DNA from: Candidatus Latescibacterota bacterium
Lineage (GTDB): Bacteria > Latescibacterota > UBA2968
Reading direction: 5' to 3'
NCBI GenBank assembly: GCA_965208125.1
Contig: OZ242320.1
Span: 1,888,001 to 1,952,000 of the forward strand
DNA length: 64,000 nucleotides
Below, one piece after another: positions 48,401 through 57,701 of the stretch. The number at the start of each line of letters is the position of its first letter. Positions within the stretch are counted from its first letter, which is position 1. The notes beneath the pieces were generated by a model. It ran no database searches and was not told where the DNA came from. It saw only the letters and a program-made list of their open reading frames with translations. Both the position numbers and the translations under genes were made by a program.

Positions 48401-50529
48401 CCGGCAATATCCCCCCGGAATTGGGACAACTCAACAACCTCAGATCGTTGTTCCTTAGGAGCAACCAGCTAACGGGCAATATACCTTCCGAACTGGGACA
48501 ACTCAACAACCTCACAGAACTGGGGCTTTTCGAAAACTTCCTCACCGGCAATATCCCCCCGGAATTGGGACAACTCAACAACCTCACATACCTGAATCTA
48601 TCCATAAACCAGTTATCGGGCAATATACCACCAGAACTGGGACAACTCAACAATCTCACAGAACTGGATCTATCTACAAACCAGTTATCCGGCAACATAC
48701 CCCCGGAACTGGGGCAACTCAACAATCTCGAAGAACTGAATCTATCTACAAACCAGTTATCCGGCAACATACCCCCGGAACTGGGGCAACTCAACAATCT
48801 CGAAGAACTGAATCTATCTACCAATCAGTTATCCGGCAACATACCCCCGGAACTGGGACAACTCACAAACCTCAAAACGTTAAACCTGGGCTTCAACGGC
48901 GCCCTGTCCGGAACGCTGCCCAACGCCATTACAGATCTCTCCCTTGAATCTCTGCGACTGCATGAAACACTCCTGTGTTCACCGCAGGACGCCGAATTCC
49001 AGGCGTGGCTGAGGGCAATACCGTTCTCTCGCATACCCAACTGCGCCCGTTTCGATGAGGCAGCGGCCTACCTGGTGCAGACCACGCAATCACTCGAATA
49101 TCCCGTGCCCCTATTGGCTGGCGAAGCCGCTTTGCTGCGCGTGTTCGTCACGGCTGAACAGGAGGTCAATGCCACCTGGCCTCCCGTGCGGGCTACCTTC
49201 TACAGAGACGGCATCGAGGTACACATGGCGAACATCGGGAGCCAGACTATGAACATCCCCCGGCAGGTCAACGAAGCGTCACTATTAAATTCAGCCAACG
49301 CGGTGGTGCCTGGATCCGTCGTGGTGCCAGGACTGGAGATGGTGGTCGAGATCGATCCCGACCAGACCCTGGATCCGGCTCTAAGCATCGCCACCCGCCT
49401 GCCCCAGACGGGTCGCACGGCTCTGGATGTGCGGTCCGTGCCGCCCTTTGAATTGACGCTGATACCCTTTCTGTGGGAAGAGAACCCGGACCGCTCCGTA
49501 TTGACACAAACCGAGGGCCTGTCGTCTGAATCCGATCTGTTCCGATTGACCCGCGATATTCTGCCGGTGAGCGAGTTCCGTCTGACGGTTCATGAGCCGG
49601 TATTGACTTCTGTGGATCCCACGTCGGACGCTTCTGGCATATTGGGGCCCGAAACCGACTTGATTTACGCTATGGAAGGCGCGAAGGGTTATTATATGGG
49701 CATTTTCAATCGTCAGGGCCAAAGTGGTCTGCGAGGAATAGCTAAGTTATCCGCATTTACAAGTCTGTCCATCCTCGACGAGAACGTTATCGCACACGAA
49801 CTCGGCCACAACCTGAGTCTGCGACATGCCCCGGGATGTGGCGCAGGGGGTCCAGATCCGGAATATCCCAATGAGGACGGCTCCATCGGCGCGTGGGGAT
49901 ACGATTTCGTCAACAAATCGCTGGTGAGTCCCGCAACCTCGGATATCATGACCTACTGCGATACCCAATGGATCAGCGACTACTCGTTTACCAGGGCACT
50001 TGCCCGGCGCTCTCACGCCGAGAGCACGCCGCTGGCAGCGTCCTACACGCCGCCCACGAGAGGCCTGCTGATCTGGGGCGGCCTGGACGAGAACGAAAAA
50101 CCCTTTCTCGAACCGGCTTTCGTGGTCAGTGCCCCCCCGTCCCTGCCGCGGATAGACGGTCCGTACCAGCTCACGGGCGAGGATGAACACGGCAACGATC
50201 TGTTCAGCCTGCCGTTCGGCATCCCTGAGTACGGGTGCGGCGGCAAGGGCGGCGCCTTCGCCTTCATTCTTCCGGTACAGGACGATTGGGCGGGCAGGCT
50301 GGCGCGCATTGCGCTTTCGGGCCCTGAAGGCGTTTCCATCCTGGATGGCGAGGGCGATCTCTCAGCTACACTCCTGCTGGACCGCGCCACGGGAAATGTC
50401 CGGGGCATCCTGCGGGACAGGTCACAGGCGGCTGCGAAGCGGCCTGCAGCCAGCCTTTTGCCACCGGAACCGGAACTGGAGGTCTTGACCAGTCGCGGCA
50501 TCCCGGATGCAGCCTCCTATGAGCGCTGA
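45460..50529 (+). CDS. Large secreted protein: dockerin-like tag, three capped plant-type LRR blocks, C-terminal zinc metallopeptidase (M66-like)
   Basis: Signal peptide 'MLFIIALVLLAFVGYA' (the ORF is open from 45343). 'DFDGDGTVGISDFL'. Three caps 'L..LY..T.G..W.N..NW....PLG.W.GVTTD..GRV'. About 31 24-aa LRRs. 'AHELGHNLSL.H.P' followed by 'DIMTYC'. Confidence 0.88.
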   Translation: MLFIIALVLLAFVGYASTGTNANDERTTTPALSSNDNNDNANPSPDFDGDGTVGISDFLLFVDVFGSRQGDEGYEARFDLDSNGIIGISDFLIFSENFGKEVHLDDRAILVRLYEATDGPKWTNKENWLSDKPLGEWHGVTTDANGRVIRLELNDNNLQGPIPVQLARLSNLTQLNLGWTRLTGTMGNQLTGMIPTELAQLTNLTRLDLASNQLTGSIPTELTKLIKLTYLDLASNQLTGTIPKELAQLTKLTELGLGWNQLTGTIPTELAQLTKLTELGLGWNQLTGTIPTELARLTNLTSLDLSGRSFWESGLTGTIPKELAQLSNLRKLNLGSNQLTGTIPTELAQLTKLEELGLGWNQLTGNIPTELAQLTNLTYLYLYQNQLTGTIPTELAQLTRLWTLHLSGNQLTGTIPKELARLTRLRQLHLSSNQLTGSIPKELAQLSNLRKLGLSWNQLTGTIPTELAQLTKLIVLDLSGNPLTGNIPTELAQLTRLWTLHLSWNQLTGTIPKELARLTKLEELGLSGNQLTGTIPKELAQLTRLRQLHLSWNQLTGTIPKELAQLTNLTQLVLSGNAELSGPLPPAFTDLSLESLYLSGTGVCVPLTGAFVEWLDSIPTKRGGTHCADPERDALISLYRQTNGPNWTNNKNWTTLEPLGDWYGVTTDADGRVTHLNLRDNNLSGLLPPSLSNLGNLKTLNLAGNAALSGPLSQGFTGLTLESLDLEETRLCAPPLSEFQTWVNGIRDSDVAQCTDARPDYYALAALYNGTEGANWTNATNWASDAPLGEWYGVTTDASGRVTELSLNDNNLQGAIPVELGQLTNLASLNLSSNQLTGNIPSELAQLKNLTRLTLGWNDLTGTIATELTQLTKLTSLFLRSNQLTGNIPSELAQLSNLTGLDLGFNNLTGEIPPELGQLTNLRTLNLSGNSLDGNIPSELAQLSNLTGLDLGFNNLTGEIPPELGQLNNLTRLELYENFLTGNIPPELGQLNNLRSLFLRSNQLTGNIPSELGQLNNLTELGLFENFLTGNIPPELGQLNNLTYLNLSINQLSGNIPPELGQLNNLTELDLSTNQLSGNIPPELGQLNNLEELNLSTNQLSGNIPPELGQLNNLEELNLSTNQLSGNIPPELGQLTNLKTLNLGFNGALSGTLPNAITDLSLESLRLHETLLCSPQDAEFQAWLRAIPFSRIPNCARFDEAAAYLVQTTQSLEYPVPLLAGEAALLRVFVTAEQEVNATWPPVRATFYRDGIEVHMANIGSQTMNIPRQVNEASLLNSANAVVPGSVVVPGLEMVVEIDPDQTLDPALSIATRLPQTGRTALDVRSVPPFELTLIPFLWEENPDRSVLTQTEGLSSESDLFRLTRDILPVSEFRLTVHEPVLTSVDPTSDASGILGPETDLIYAMEGAKGYYMGIFNRQGQSGLRGIAKLSAFTSLSILDENVIAHELGHNLSLRHAPGCGAGGPDPEYPNEDGSIGAWGYDFVNKSLVSPATSDIMTYCDTQWISDYSFTRALARRSHAESTPLAASYTPPTRGLLIWGGLDENEKPFLEPAFVVSAPPSLPRIDGPYQLTGEDEHGNDLFSLPFGIPEYGCGGKGGAFAFILPVQDDWAGRLARIALSGPEGVSILDGEGDLSATLLLDRATGNVRGILRDRSQAAAKRPAASLLPPEPELEVLTSRGIPDAASYER
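45946..47211 (+). repeat. 72-bp LRR-coding tandem array 1 (about 17 units)
   Basis: Recurrent GAACTGGCACA....AACCA(G/A)TTGAC(G/A)GG(G/A)AC(G/A)ATTCC. Confidence 0.9.
47908..48918 (+). repeat. 72-bp LRR-coding tandem array 2 (about 14 units)
   Basis: Recurrent GAACTGGG(A/G)CAACTCAACAA...GGCAA(T/C)ATACC, including near-exact unit duplications. Confidence 0.9.
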
Positions 50530-50551
50530 CGCAATGCCGATGTGTCGTGAG

Positions 50552-50821
50552 CTATGAACTCAGCGTTAGCTCCTGAAGATATAAATTTCGCGCACTATCA
50601 GTGAGTGACACGGCATCGAGACCACCGAAACGGATAACAAATTTTGCCCGTTCGTCGCTCGCTAAAATAAAAAATTCAGGATGGCTTTTGACGATTTGGA
50701 TGACTGTTTCAGGAGATATTTTGAGATCTCTTGCAATGCCCCCTGGCGTGCGCCAGTCACCTCTGGAGTGATAGATCACTTTGACAATATCCTTTATCGT
50801 TCCTTGTTCATTTTGATCCAT
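50552..50821 (-). CDS. Small hypothetical protein, possible winged HTH
   Basis: AAGGAG RBS. 'WRTPGGIARDLKISPETVIQIV' is HTH-like. Confidence 0.5.
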   Translation of the reverse strand: MDQNEQGTIKDIVKVIYHSRGDWRTPGGIARDLKISPETVIQIVKSHPEFFILASDERAKFVIRFGGLDAVSLTDSARNLYLQELTLSS

Positions 50822-50996
50822 TTTCTCGCTCCTTTGATTGTGACCGCTGAACAATATCAGCTACGATATCAATGACAGTATCTCTAAACATGTCACTTTC
50901 AACAAAATTTTCAATCTCTTCATTGCGTGCTATGCTCTCATCAACTTTATCCATTAAGTCAAAAATAAACAAAGCCCATTGGTCGGTAGTGATCAA
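50808..50996 (-). CDS. Small hypothetical protein
   Basis: 62-aa AT-rich ORF overlapping the next small ORF. Confidence 0.35.
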   Translation of the reverse strand: MITTDQWALFIFDLMDKVDESIARNEEIENFVESDMFRDTVIDIVADIVQRSQSKERENGSK

Positions 50997-51064
50997 CGGG
51001 CTTTCTTAATTTCCTCTCCTAATTTGGGTTGCATTCTAATGTCGTGGATTAGATATTACAAAAC

Positions 51065-52903
51065 ATGACATCGAAAACAAACAACGCTATGGACCGGATC
51101 TCGCACTATTTTCCCTATATCGTGGGCGGGACTGCGATCGTGATCCGTCTTTTTTATCTCTGGTCATTTTGGGCCAATCATCCGTTCTCGCAGAAACTGA
51201 TCTCCGATGCGCGGATATTCGACGACTGGGCACTGCGCATTGCCTCTGGTGATTGGCTCGGCACGGCAGAAGTCTTCATTTTACCCCCCCTGTACCCATA
51301 CCTCATGGCGGTTGTATATGCAATCTTTGGGCACGCGCCCAAACTGATAATAGGCTTACAGGCTGCCGCCGGATGTGCCAGTGCGATACTAATCTATCGC
51401 CTGGGCGCGCGGCACTTTGGTGCATACGCGGGATTATTTGCGGGATTATTATTTGCGTGTTATGGACCGCAACTATTTTACGAAGGCATGCTACTCGGCA
51501 CATCGGGTGCCGTATTCCTCAGTCTCATAGGATTGACGCTAATCTCGGGTAAGAATAAAACCCCCTGGCACTGGGGGCTGACGGGATTGGTCTTTGGACT
51601 GGCAACACTCATGCGCCCCAACATCTTATCCGCAATCCCATTCTTGCTATTCGGCGCGTGGTGGGCCTACCACAAAGCAACACCGGCAAAATGTTCAATA
51701 CGGCTGGCGAGTTACTTCTTAGGGGGACTCATCCTCCCCCTCCTCCTGTGCGGACTGCGCAATGGCCTGGTCGCAGACGACTGGGTATTGATGACCGCAC
51801 ATGGCGGCATCAACTTTTACATGGGCAATCACCCGGATGCGCCAGGCTGGTTCTCCGCACCTCCAGGCGTGGATGCACAGATCACCCCGGATGGGGCACA
51901 GGGCAATTTGGAAGGCCCGCGCCGCGTGGCCGAAAATGCTCTGGGGCGATCTTTGAAAGCATCTGAAGTCTCGTCCTTCTGGTTTAATAAAGGACTCGCA
52001 TTCTGGATAGACGATCCAACAGGCGCGTTAACCGTGACCTTGCGAAAAGTGCGCCTATTTGCATCGGGATACGAAGTCCCGCTCAATTACAACTTTTATT
52101 ACCAGAGAAAATTCTCTGCCCTCTTGCGCTTTCCAATCGCAGAACTGTGGATACTATTTCCCCTATCCATCGTGGGCCTCATCGTCGCAGCCCGGCAATT
52201 TGACCGCCATGCCATCCTGTATCTGTGGCTCATAGGATATGCGGCAGGTGTATTGGCATTTCACGTATCCTCGCGCTACCGCATGCCCGCAATCCCCATC
52301 CTCCTGATATTTGCGGGCATGGGAATATGGACATTGATATCCTGTGTACAATCGCAAAAATGGAAAAACCTGTGCATCAGTGCAGCGGTGCTAATCATCC
52401 TGTGGACCGGTTACCGCATTGAACAAAACGCACAACTCGCCCAAAACAACTGGACCATGGACCCCTTCAATCTGGGCACGGCTTATTTGTGGGCAAACGA
52501 AAATGAACCGGCGCGATTATATCTCGAAGAAGCGGAAAAATACGGACAGGGCGATGCCGTCTTGTATTACAACCTGGGATTGGCTTATGCACGCACCCAA
52601 AAAATGGACGCCGCCAAAAATGCGTATCTCCAGGCACTATCCCGGGACCCCGACATGGTGCGCGCGTACGTCAACCTGGGCAACATCTTATTTCACGAAG
52701 AAAAATTTCACCAGGCAATAAATAACTACCGGGAAGCACTGAAACGAGATCCCAACACCCACAATGCGCGTGCAAACATGGGCTGGGCGTATTGGTCTCT
52801 GGGAAGAACAGACGAAGCGCGCAGCGCCTGGCAGCAGGTCTTGCAAACAGCGCCCGATCACCCCTCAGCAAAAGCGGGGATAGCGCGCATTCGAGAAGAA
52901 TAA
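51065..52903 (+). CDS. GT-C (ArnT/PMT, GT39-like) glycosyltransferase with C-terminal TPRs
   Basis: 'DA..FD.WA..IA.G', 'PPLYPY', 'RPN', 'G.NFY.GN', 'RYR.P', and TPR-like repeats ('YYNLGLAY', 'YVNLGNI'). Confidence 0.85.
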   Translation: MTSKTNNAMDRISHYFPYIVGGTAIVIRLFYLWSFWANHPFSQKLISDARIFDDWALRIASGDWLGTAEVFILPPLYPYLMAVVYAIFGHAPKLIIGLQAAAGCASAILIYRLGARHFGAYAGLFAGLLFACYGPQLFYEGMLLGTSGAVFLSLIGLTLISGKNKTPWHWGLTGLVFGLATLMRPNILSAIPFLLFGAWWAYHKATPAKCSIRLASYFLGGLILPLLLCGLRNGLVADDWVLMTAHGGINFYMGNHPDAPGWFSAPPGVDAQITPDGAQGNLEGPRRVAENALGRSLKASEVSSFWFNKGLAFWIDDPTGALTVTLRKVRLFASGYEVPLNYNFYYQRKFSALLRFPIAELWILFPLSIVGLIVAARQFDRHAILYLWLIGYAAGVLAFHVSSRYRMPAIPILLIFAGMGIWTLISCVQSQKWKNLCISAAVLIILWTGYRIEQNAQLAQNNWTMDPFNLGTAYLWANENEPARLYLEEAEKYGQGDAVLYYNLGLAYARTQKMDAAKNAYLQALSRDPDMVRAYVNLGNILFHEEKFHQAINNYREALKRDPNTHNARANMGWAYWSLGRTDEARSAWQQVLQTAPDHPSAKAGIARIREE

Positions 52904-53059
52904 ACGTAAGAACTATCAGTCAAAATCATCAGTCAAAACCATCACGCACAGCGTGTGAGTCCGTCTCGCATATGAATTATACACACCCTTTAATTAAATA
53001 GACTTCAGGTATCGCCATATTTATATTGGCCTGATTTTTCATCGATCTGGAGTCCCTCA

Positions 53060-55012
53060 ATGGCGATTCGCGAAACACAAACACACACAGCACCTCTTCA
53101 ACGAGCCGTAACTGCGCGGTCAATAGTAATAGGCGCCATGTGCGCGGGCTTTTTGGGGTGGGGTGGGCATTTTACGCGCCACATTGCACACACCACAAAA
53201 ATGGCACAGGACCACTTGCCCTGGGGCGCAGTCGTACCATTTTTGATAATCGCGGTCGTATTGAATAAAGTTCTGGAAAAAGTGCGCCCACAATGGGTCC
53301 TGCGTCCTTCGGAATTGCTGGTCATCTTCAGCATGGGCCTGGTCGCATCGGCATTGCCCAGTTATTTCATGGGACACTTAATCGCCAACGTATCCGCGCC
53401 ATTTTATTTCGCCAACACAGAAAATCGATGGGCAGACGACATACATCCGTATTTGGCCGACTGGGCGGTCGTAACCGACGCAACAGCTGCGCGGTGGTTT
53501 TTTGAAGGACTGCCAGCAGGCGCAACCATCCCCTGGGAAATCTGGATAACGCCGATGATCTGGCGATTGAGTCTGGTATTTATGATCGGCGTATTTGGAT
53601 TTTGCGCGGTCTCAATCCTGCGCAAACAATGGGTAGAACACGAACGCCTCACCTTTCCGTTGATGACATTGCCACTGGAACTCGTCAACAGAGAACCGCG
53701 TGGATTCTGGCCCGTGGGTATCATGAATCGCCCCGTGTTCTGGTGGGGATTCGCGCTCGCCTCATTTCCCATATACTGGAACATGGTTGAATATTTCCAG
53801 CCGCATTTTCCAACCATTCCCCGATACCTGGGATTGATGGAATTTGGTCGGTATTTCCCGCCGATTCACATGCGATTTTATCCAGTGATCATTGGCGTAT
53901 CGTATTTTATGGACCTGGATGTATTGTTTAGCATTATTGCCTTTCACCTGTTATTGACCCTTGAAATGGGGCTGTTCAACCGCCTGGGGATCGAGATAGG
54001 GCCAACCCATGTGTGGCCGGCATCGCAATTTGAAAACTGGCAGGGTTTTGGTGCGCTGTGCGTGCTGGTACCGTGGAGCTTGTGGATGGCGCGAGAACAT
54101 TTGAGAAATGTATTTCGCAAAGCCGTACTCAATGCGCGGGAGGTCGAAGACTCGGGCGAATTATTGTCCTACCGTACAGCACTTGGTGGATTCCTGGCGA
54201 GTGGGCTATTTATTCTGGGCTGGTGCGTAGCATCGGGCATGTCGGTCTTTGTCGCCCTGACCTTCTTGAGCCTTGTCGGCATTATCTGGTTGGGCATTAC
54301 GCGCGTCTGCGTTGAGGGCGGCATGATCAGCAGCCGCATGATACAGGGGCAATTTGTCGCGTATCACCTGCTCGGCCCCGTGAATATTTCCCCATCGGGA
54401 ATGGCGGCATTTGCCCTCACCGAAACATGGCATCACGATATAAAAACCATATTGATGGCCAACCTGGCCAATGCCACGCGGCTTTACGACAGCATCCGAC
54501 ACGAAAGAATGCGCCTGGTCATCGCGCTGGGACTGGCCATGCTGGTGGTAATAACCACGAGTGCGTATTATCAAATATCATCGAGTTATGTAACCGGCGC
54601 ATTTAATTACGGCGGCATCTACGGTCCCTATGTACAAAACACTTTTGACACCATAGCCGGTCATATTCGGGACCCCTTTGCCCTGAAACGCGAGCGCATG
54701 CTCATCGCACTCATTGGAATGGCAACCACGGCATTGATGCTCGCCTTGCGCTATGCATGGCCCTGGTGGCCGTTGCATCCGATCGGGTTTGCTGCCGTAA
54801 CAGCGTATCCGGTCAACCGCATTGTATTTTCAATCTTCTTTGCCTGGTTTTCCAAATTTGTCATCTTGCGTGCCGGCGGCATTGATCTGTACCGCAAAGC
54901 ATCGCCGTTTTTCCTGGGACTTATGGTGGGGTATTTCACGGGCGTATTCGCGTCATTTCTGGTAGATTGTATCTGGTTCCCAGGGCAAGGACATTCGCTG
55001 GCGTTGTACTAG
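53060..55012 (+). CDS. DUF6785-type / OPT-like multi-pass membrane protein (paralog 2)
   Basis: Same motifs as 43149-45095 ('LRKQWVEHERL', 'ELLSYR', 'WWPLHPIG', 'PFFLGL', 'W..GQGH'). Confidence 0.7.
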   Translation: MAIRETQTHTAPLQRAVTARSIVIGAMCAGFLGWGGHFTRHIAHTTKMAQDHLPWGAVVPFLIIAVVLNKVLEKVRPQWVLRPSELLVIFSMGLVASALPSYFMGHLIANVSAPFYFANTENRWADDIHPYLADWAVVTDATAARWFFEGLPAGATIPWEIWITPMIWRLSLVFMIGVFGFCAVSILRKQWVEHERLTFPLMTLPLELVNREPRGFWPVGIMNRPVFWWGFALASFPIYWNMVEYFQPHFPTIPRYLGLMEFGRYFPPIHMRFYPVIIGVSYFMDLDVLFSIIAFHLLLTLEMGLFNRLGIEIGPTHVWPASQFENWQGFGALCVLVPWSLWMAREHLRNVFRKAVLNAREVEDSGELLSYRTALGGFLASGLFILGWCVASGMSVFVALTFLSLVGIIWLGITRVCVEGGMISSRMIQGQFVAYHLLGPVNISPSGMAAFALTETWHHDIKTILMANLANATRLYDSIRHERMRLVIALGLAMLVVITTSAYYQISSSYVTGAFNYGGIYGPYVQNTFDTIAGHIRDPFALKRERMLIALIGMATTALMLALRYAWPWWPLHPIGFAAVTAYPVNRIVFSIFFAWFSKFVILRAGGIDLYRKASPFFLGLMVGYFTGVFASFLVDCIWFPGQGHSLALY

Positions 55013-55022
55013 AGGCTACGTC

Positions 55023-57602
55023 ATGTGTAACGGAAAAAGAATAATTCGCTCCATTCGCAAACCCATCCTGATCACCTTATTTCTCCTGACATGTGTGCCA
55101 GTCTGGGGAGATCGTCTGCAGGAAAGTTTCGATGCTCGGGCAGACTCGCTCGCCGCGGTCCTGATCGCGGAACGCGCCGGACCAGACAGCGCAACCATCT
55201 ATCGGGCATTGCCGCGGGAAGAAAAAGCGCAATTTTTAATCGACTTCTGGCAACGACACAATCCCATAGTGCTGCAATTTTATTACGGGTATCACATCGG
55301 ACGTCGCTACTTGACGGTATCAGACGCTTTTTTTGAACGCGGTCGATTAATACCCCACCGCTATAAAACGCGCGCCGCACCACCAGATTCGGCCCTGCTC
55401 GACGACGCTGTTGCACTATTTGAACGCATGCTACGGGACGATGGCAACGACCGCCTCGCCATGTGCGCGCTGGGATATTGTTTATTGGAACAGTACAAAG
55501 GCGTGGAAGCAGAACGCATTTTTGTACGCGTCCTGGAAAAGGACCGGCGGTTTCTCATCGCGCGACACGGGCGGGCACTGGCGTGCTTGATCCAGAAAAA
55601 ACAGGTGCGCCGCGCACTGGATCTTTTTCAGGACACCGTATCTCTCGATTCGAAATACGAGGCGGCATATTACAATCTGGCGATGTGCCACCTGGCAATG
55701 CGCAGCGTGGATATGGACTATCATTTTGGCAATGTGGTCAAGCGCTTTCCGCAACACCGCGATGCGTATTTTAAGCTGGGGATATTTTACGAATCGCTCT
55801 ATTATTTTGAAAAAGCCGTCAAAGCACTGTCAAAGCAAGTCGCTGTAAATCCAGCGCACAGCGTAGCAAGGGGCAGACTGGCGCGCGTGGCTATGGAATT
55901 GAAATATTTGAAACAAGAGTTGCACACCACCACAGAACTGCGCGACCTCGCCCAAAAAGACCCCGAGCGTTATCTACCGCTCCTGGGCGCACAATATCTG
56001 GAATCGGGTGCGTACGAACAGGCAGAAGCGTCATTTTCGCAATTTCTATCCCTCTTATCGCAAAACGAACGCCTCCTGTACGAAGATGTCACCTTGCTCC
56101 TGTCGGCAAAAGAATTCGAGACCTTTCGCATGATCAGGGGAGATGAGAAACGCGCATTCACCAATTTGTTCTGGCGCAAAATAGACCCAACACCGACCAC
56201 ACCGGTTAACGAGCGCAGGTTGGAACACTACCGGCGCGTAAATTACGCCATACAGAACTTTTCCGAAGGCCGAATACCCTTTGATGCGCGCGGCGACGTG
56301 TATATCCGTTTTGGTCACCCCGATCACAGAAGCTGGTCCGACCACCTCGTATTCGAAACCAATGCAAAAGTGATTCGGGTAAAGAACCGACTCATGGATC
56401 TCGCGGGACAAGCACTGCATGAAATCGCCCCTACGACATCGCTGCAAGCAGAGTCATCTTATGGCTCAAACACGGTCCTTCGCGTAACACCCGAGGTTCG
56501 GGGACTACCGATATTTCCCCTGCCGCATCAGGGCGCATTATTTCGAGATGGCGCGTCCTTGAACTACAAGTGGGAAACCTGGATTTACGCCCATATTGGC
56601 GAAGGATTTGAAGTGACATTTCTCGATGCCCTGGGCAATTTTGATTTTCAATTTCCCCAGCCGCCTATTGACTCGCCCAATCGATTGCTGTGGCAACACC
56701 TCGCACCCGAAGCTGTGGTCGCGCGGGTCGTCAACCGCACGCCCTCTGTTTACCACTATCCATATCCAGGAGACCCCATGCCTCTGCTTATGTCTGTAGC
56801 AGACTTCAGAGGCAATGGACGCAACACGCGCCTGGATGCCTTTATCGGCATACCCTGGACCGCACTGAAAACGCAAAAACGGGGGACACAGGTAGCTGCT
56901 TCGGTGAATCGAATGTGGGTCCTCTATGACGCACAGGGCACAGAAATTGCCCGCGACAGCCTGAACACGCGGGCAACACAGCCCAAAACCGTTGACGACC
57001 CCGGCGTTTTATGGGTAGATCAGATCACAACAGAAGTTAAACCCGGCCACTATCTCATGGCTGTGCGCGTGTCCGACCCGGCCTCGGGGAAATTGCAAAT
57101 TCACCGGCAACTCGTCGATGTAGAAGCATACAATGCCCCAACCCTGATGGTAAGCGACCTTGTCGTAGCGGGAAAAATTGCAACAACAGAAGCCCGTACA
57201 GAAGGTAAATTCATCCGAGACGAACTCGAAGTGCTCCCCCTGCCGTCACACACCTTTGCCCCGGAACAGCCGGTCTATCTGTATTACAAAGTGTATAACC
57301 TCTTCCGAGACGACACGGGGCAAACGCATTACCGCGTGGATTATGCCGTGCGTGGCAGCAAAAATGCCGGCGCCCGGTTGATAAAAGGCATCGGCACATT
57401 GCTGGGCATATCTGAAAAGCAAGAAGGCGTGCAGGTATCTTATGAACACCGGGGCAATACGGAAACAGAACCCGTATATGTAGCCCTCAACGTAGCGGCA
57501 AAATCCGGACAAAAAGTCACGATAGGTGTAACCGTAACCGACCTGAACCGCCCCGGGAAACCAACAGCGACAAAAGATGTTTGGGTAGCGATAGGAAAAT
57601 AA
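55023..57602 (+). CDS. TPR plus GWxTD-domain protein (secreted)
   Basis: TPR-like helices. 'FW...DPTP.T..NE...EHY.RV.YA...F......D.RG..YIRFG.PD'. Confidence 0.8.
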   Translation: MCNGKRIIRSIRKPILITLFLLTCVPVWGDRLQESFDARADSLAAVLIAERAGPDSATIYRALPREEKAQFLIDFWQRHNPIVLQFYYGYHIGRRYLTVSDAFFERGRLIPHRYKTRAAPPDSALLDDAVALFERMLRDDGNDRLAMCALGYCLLEQYKGVEAERIFVRVLEKDRRFLIARHGRALACLIQKKQVRRALDLFQDTVSLDSKYEAAYYNLAMCHLAMRSVDMDYHFGNVVKRFPQHRDAYFKLGIFYESLYYFEKAVKALSKQVAVNPAHSVARGRLARVAMELKYLKQELHTTTELRDLAQKDPERYLPLLGAQYLESGAYEQAEASFSQFLSLLSQNERLLYEDVTLLLSAKEFETFRMIRGDEKRAFTNLFWRKIDPTPTTPVNERRLEHYRRVNYAIQNFSEGRIPFDARGDVYIRFGHPDHRSWSDHLVFETNAKVIRVKNRLMDLAGQALHEIAPTTSLQAESSYGSNTVLRVTPEVRGLPIFPLPHQGALFRDGASLNYKWETWIYAHIGEGFEVTFLDALGNFDFQFPQPPIDSPNRLLWQHLAPEAVVARVVNRTPSVYHYPYPGDPMPLLMSVADFRGNGRNTRLDAFIGIPWTALKTQKRGTQVAASVNRMWVLYDAQGTEIARDSLNTRATQPKTVDDPGVLWVDQITTEVKPGHYLMAVRVSDPASGKLQIHRQLVDVEAYNAPTLMVSDLVVAGKIATTEARTEGKFIRDELEVLPLPSHTFAPEQPVYLYYKVYNLFRDDTGQTHYRVDYAVRGSKNAGARLIKGIGTLLGISEKQEGVQVSYEHRGNTETEPVYVALNVAAKSGQKVTIGVTVTDLNRPGKPTATKDVWVAIGK

Positions 57603-57621
57603 AGTAGCGGCTCAAAACCCT

Positions 57622-57679
57622 CTGGATCGCGGCTTTAAGCATACCGCGATGACGGGCGGGCACGGGGACCCGCCCCTAC
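57622..57679. repeat. Composite repeat: third copy of the 31-bp palindrome family joined to a GTAG-REP
   Basis: CTGGATCGCGG...CCGCGATGAC, immediately followed by GGGCGGGCACGGGGACCCGCCCCTAC. Confidence 0.7.
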
Positions 57680-57701
57680 AAAAAATAATCCAATATCCCT
57701 C

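Noticed and set aside
45946-48918. 72-bp periodic repeats as a CRISPR array
   Set aside because: They are in-frame coding LRR units with no unique spacers, and no cas genes are present.
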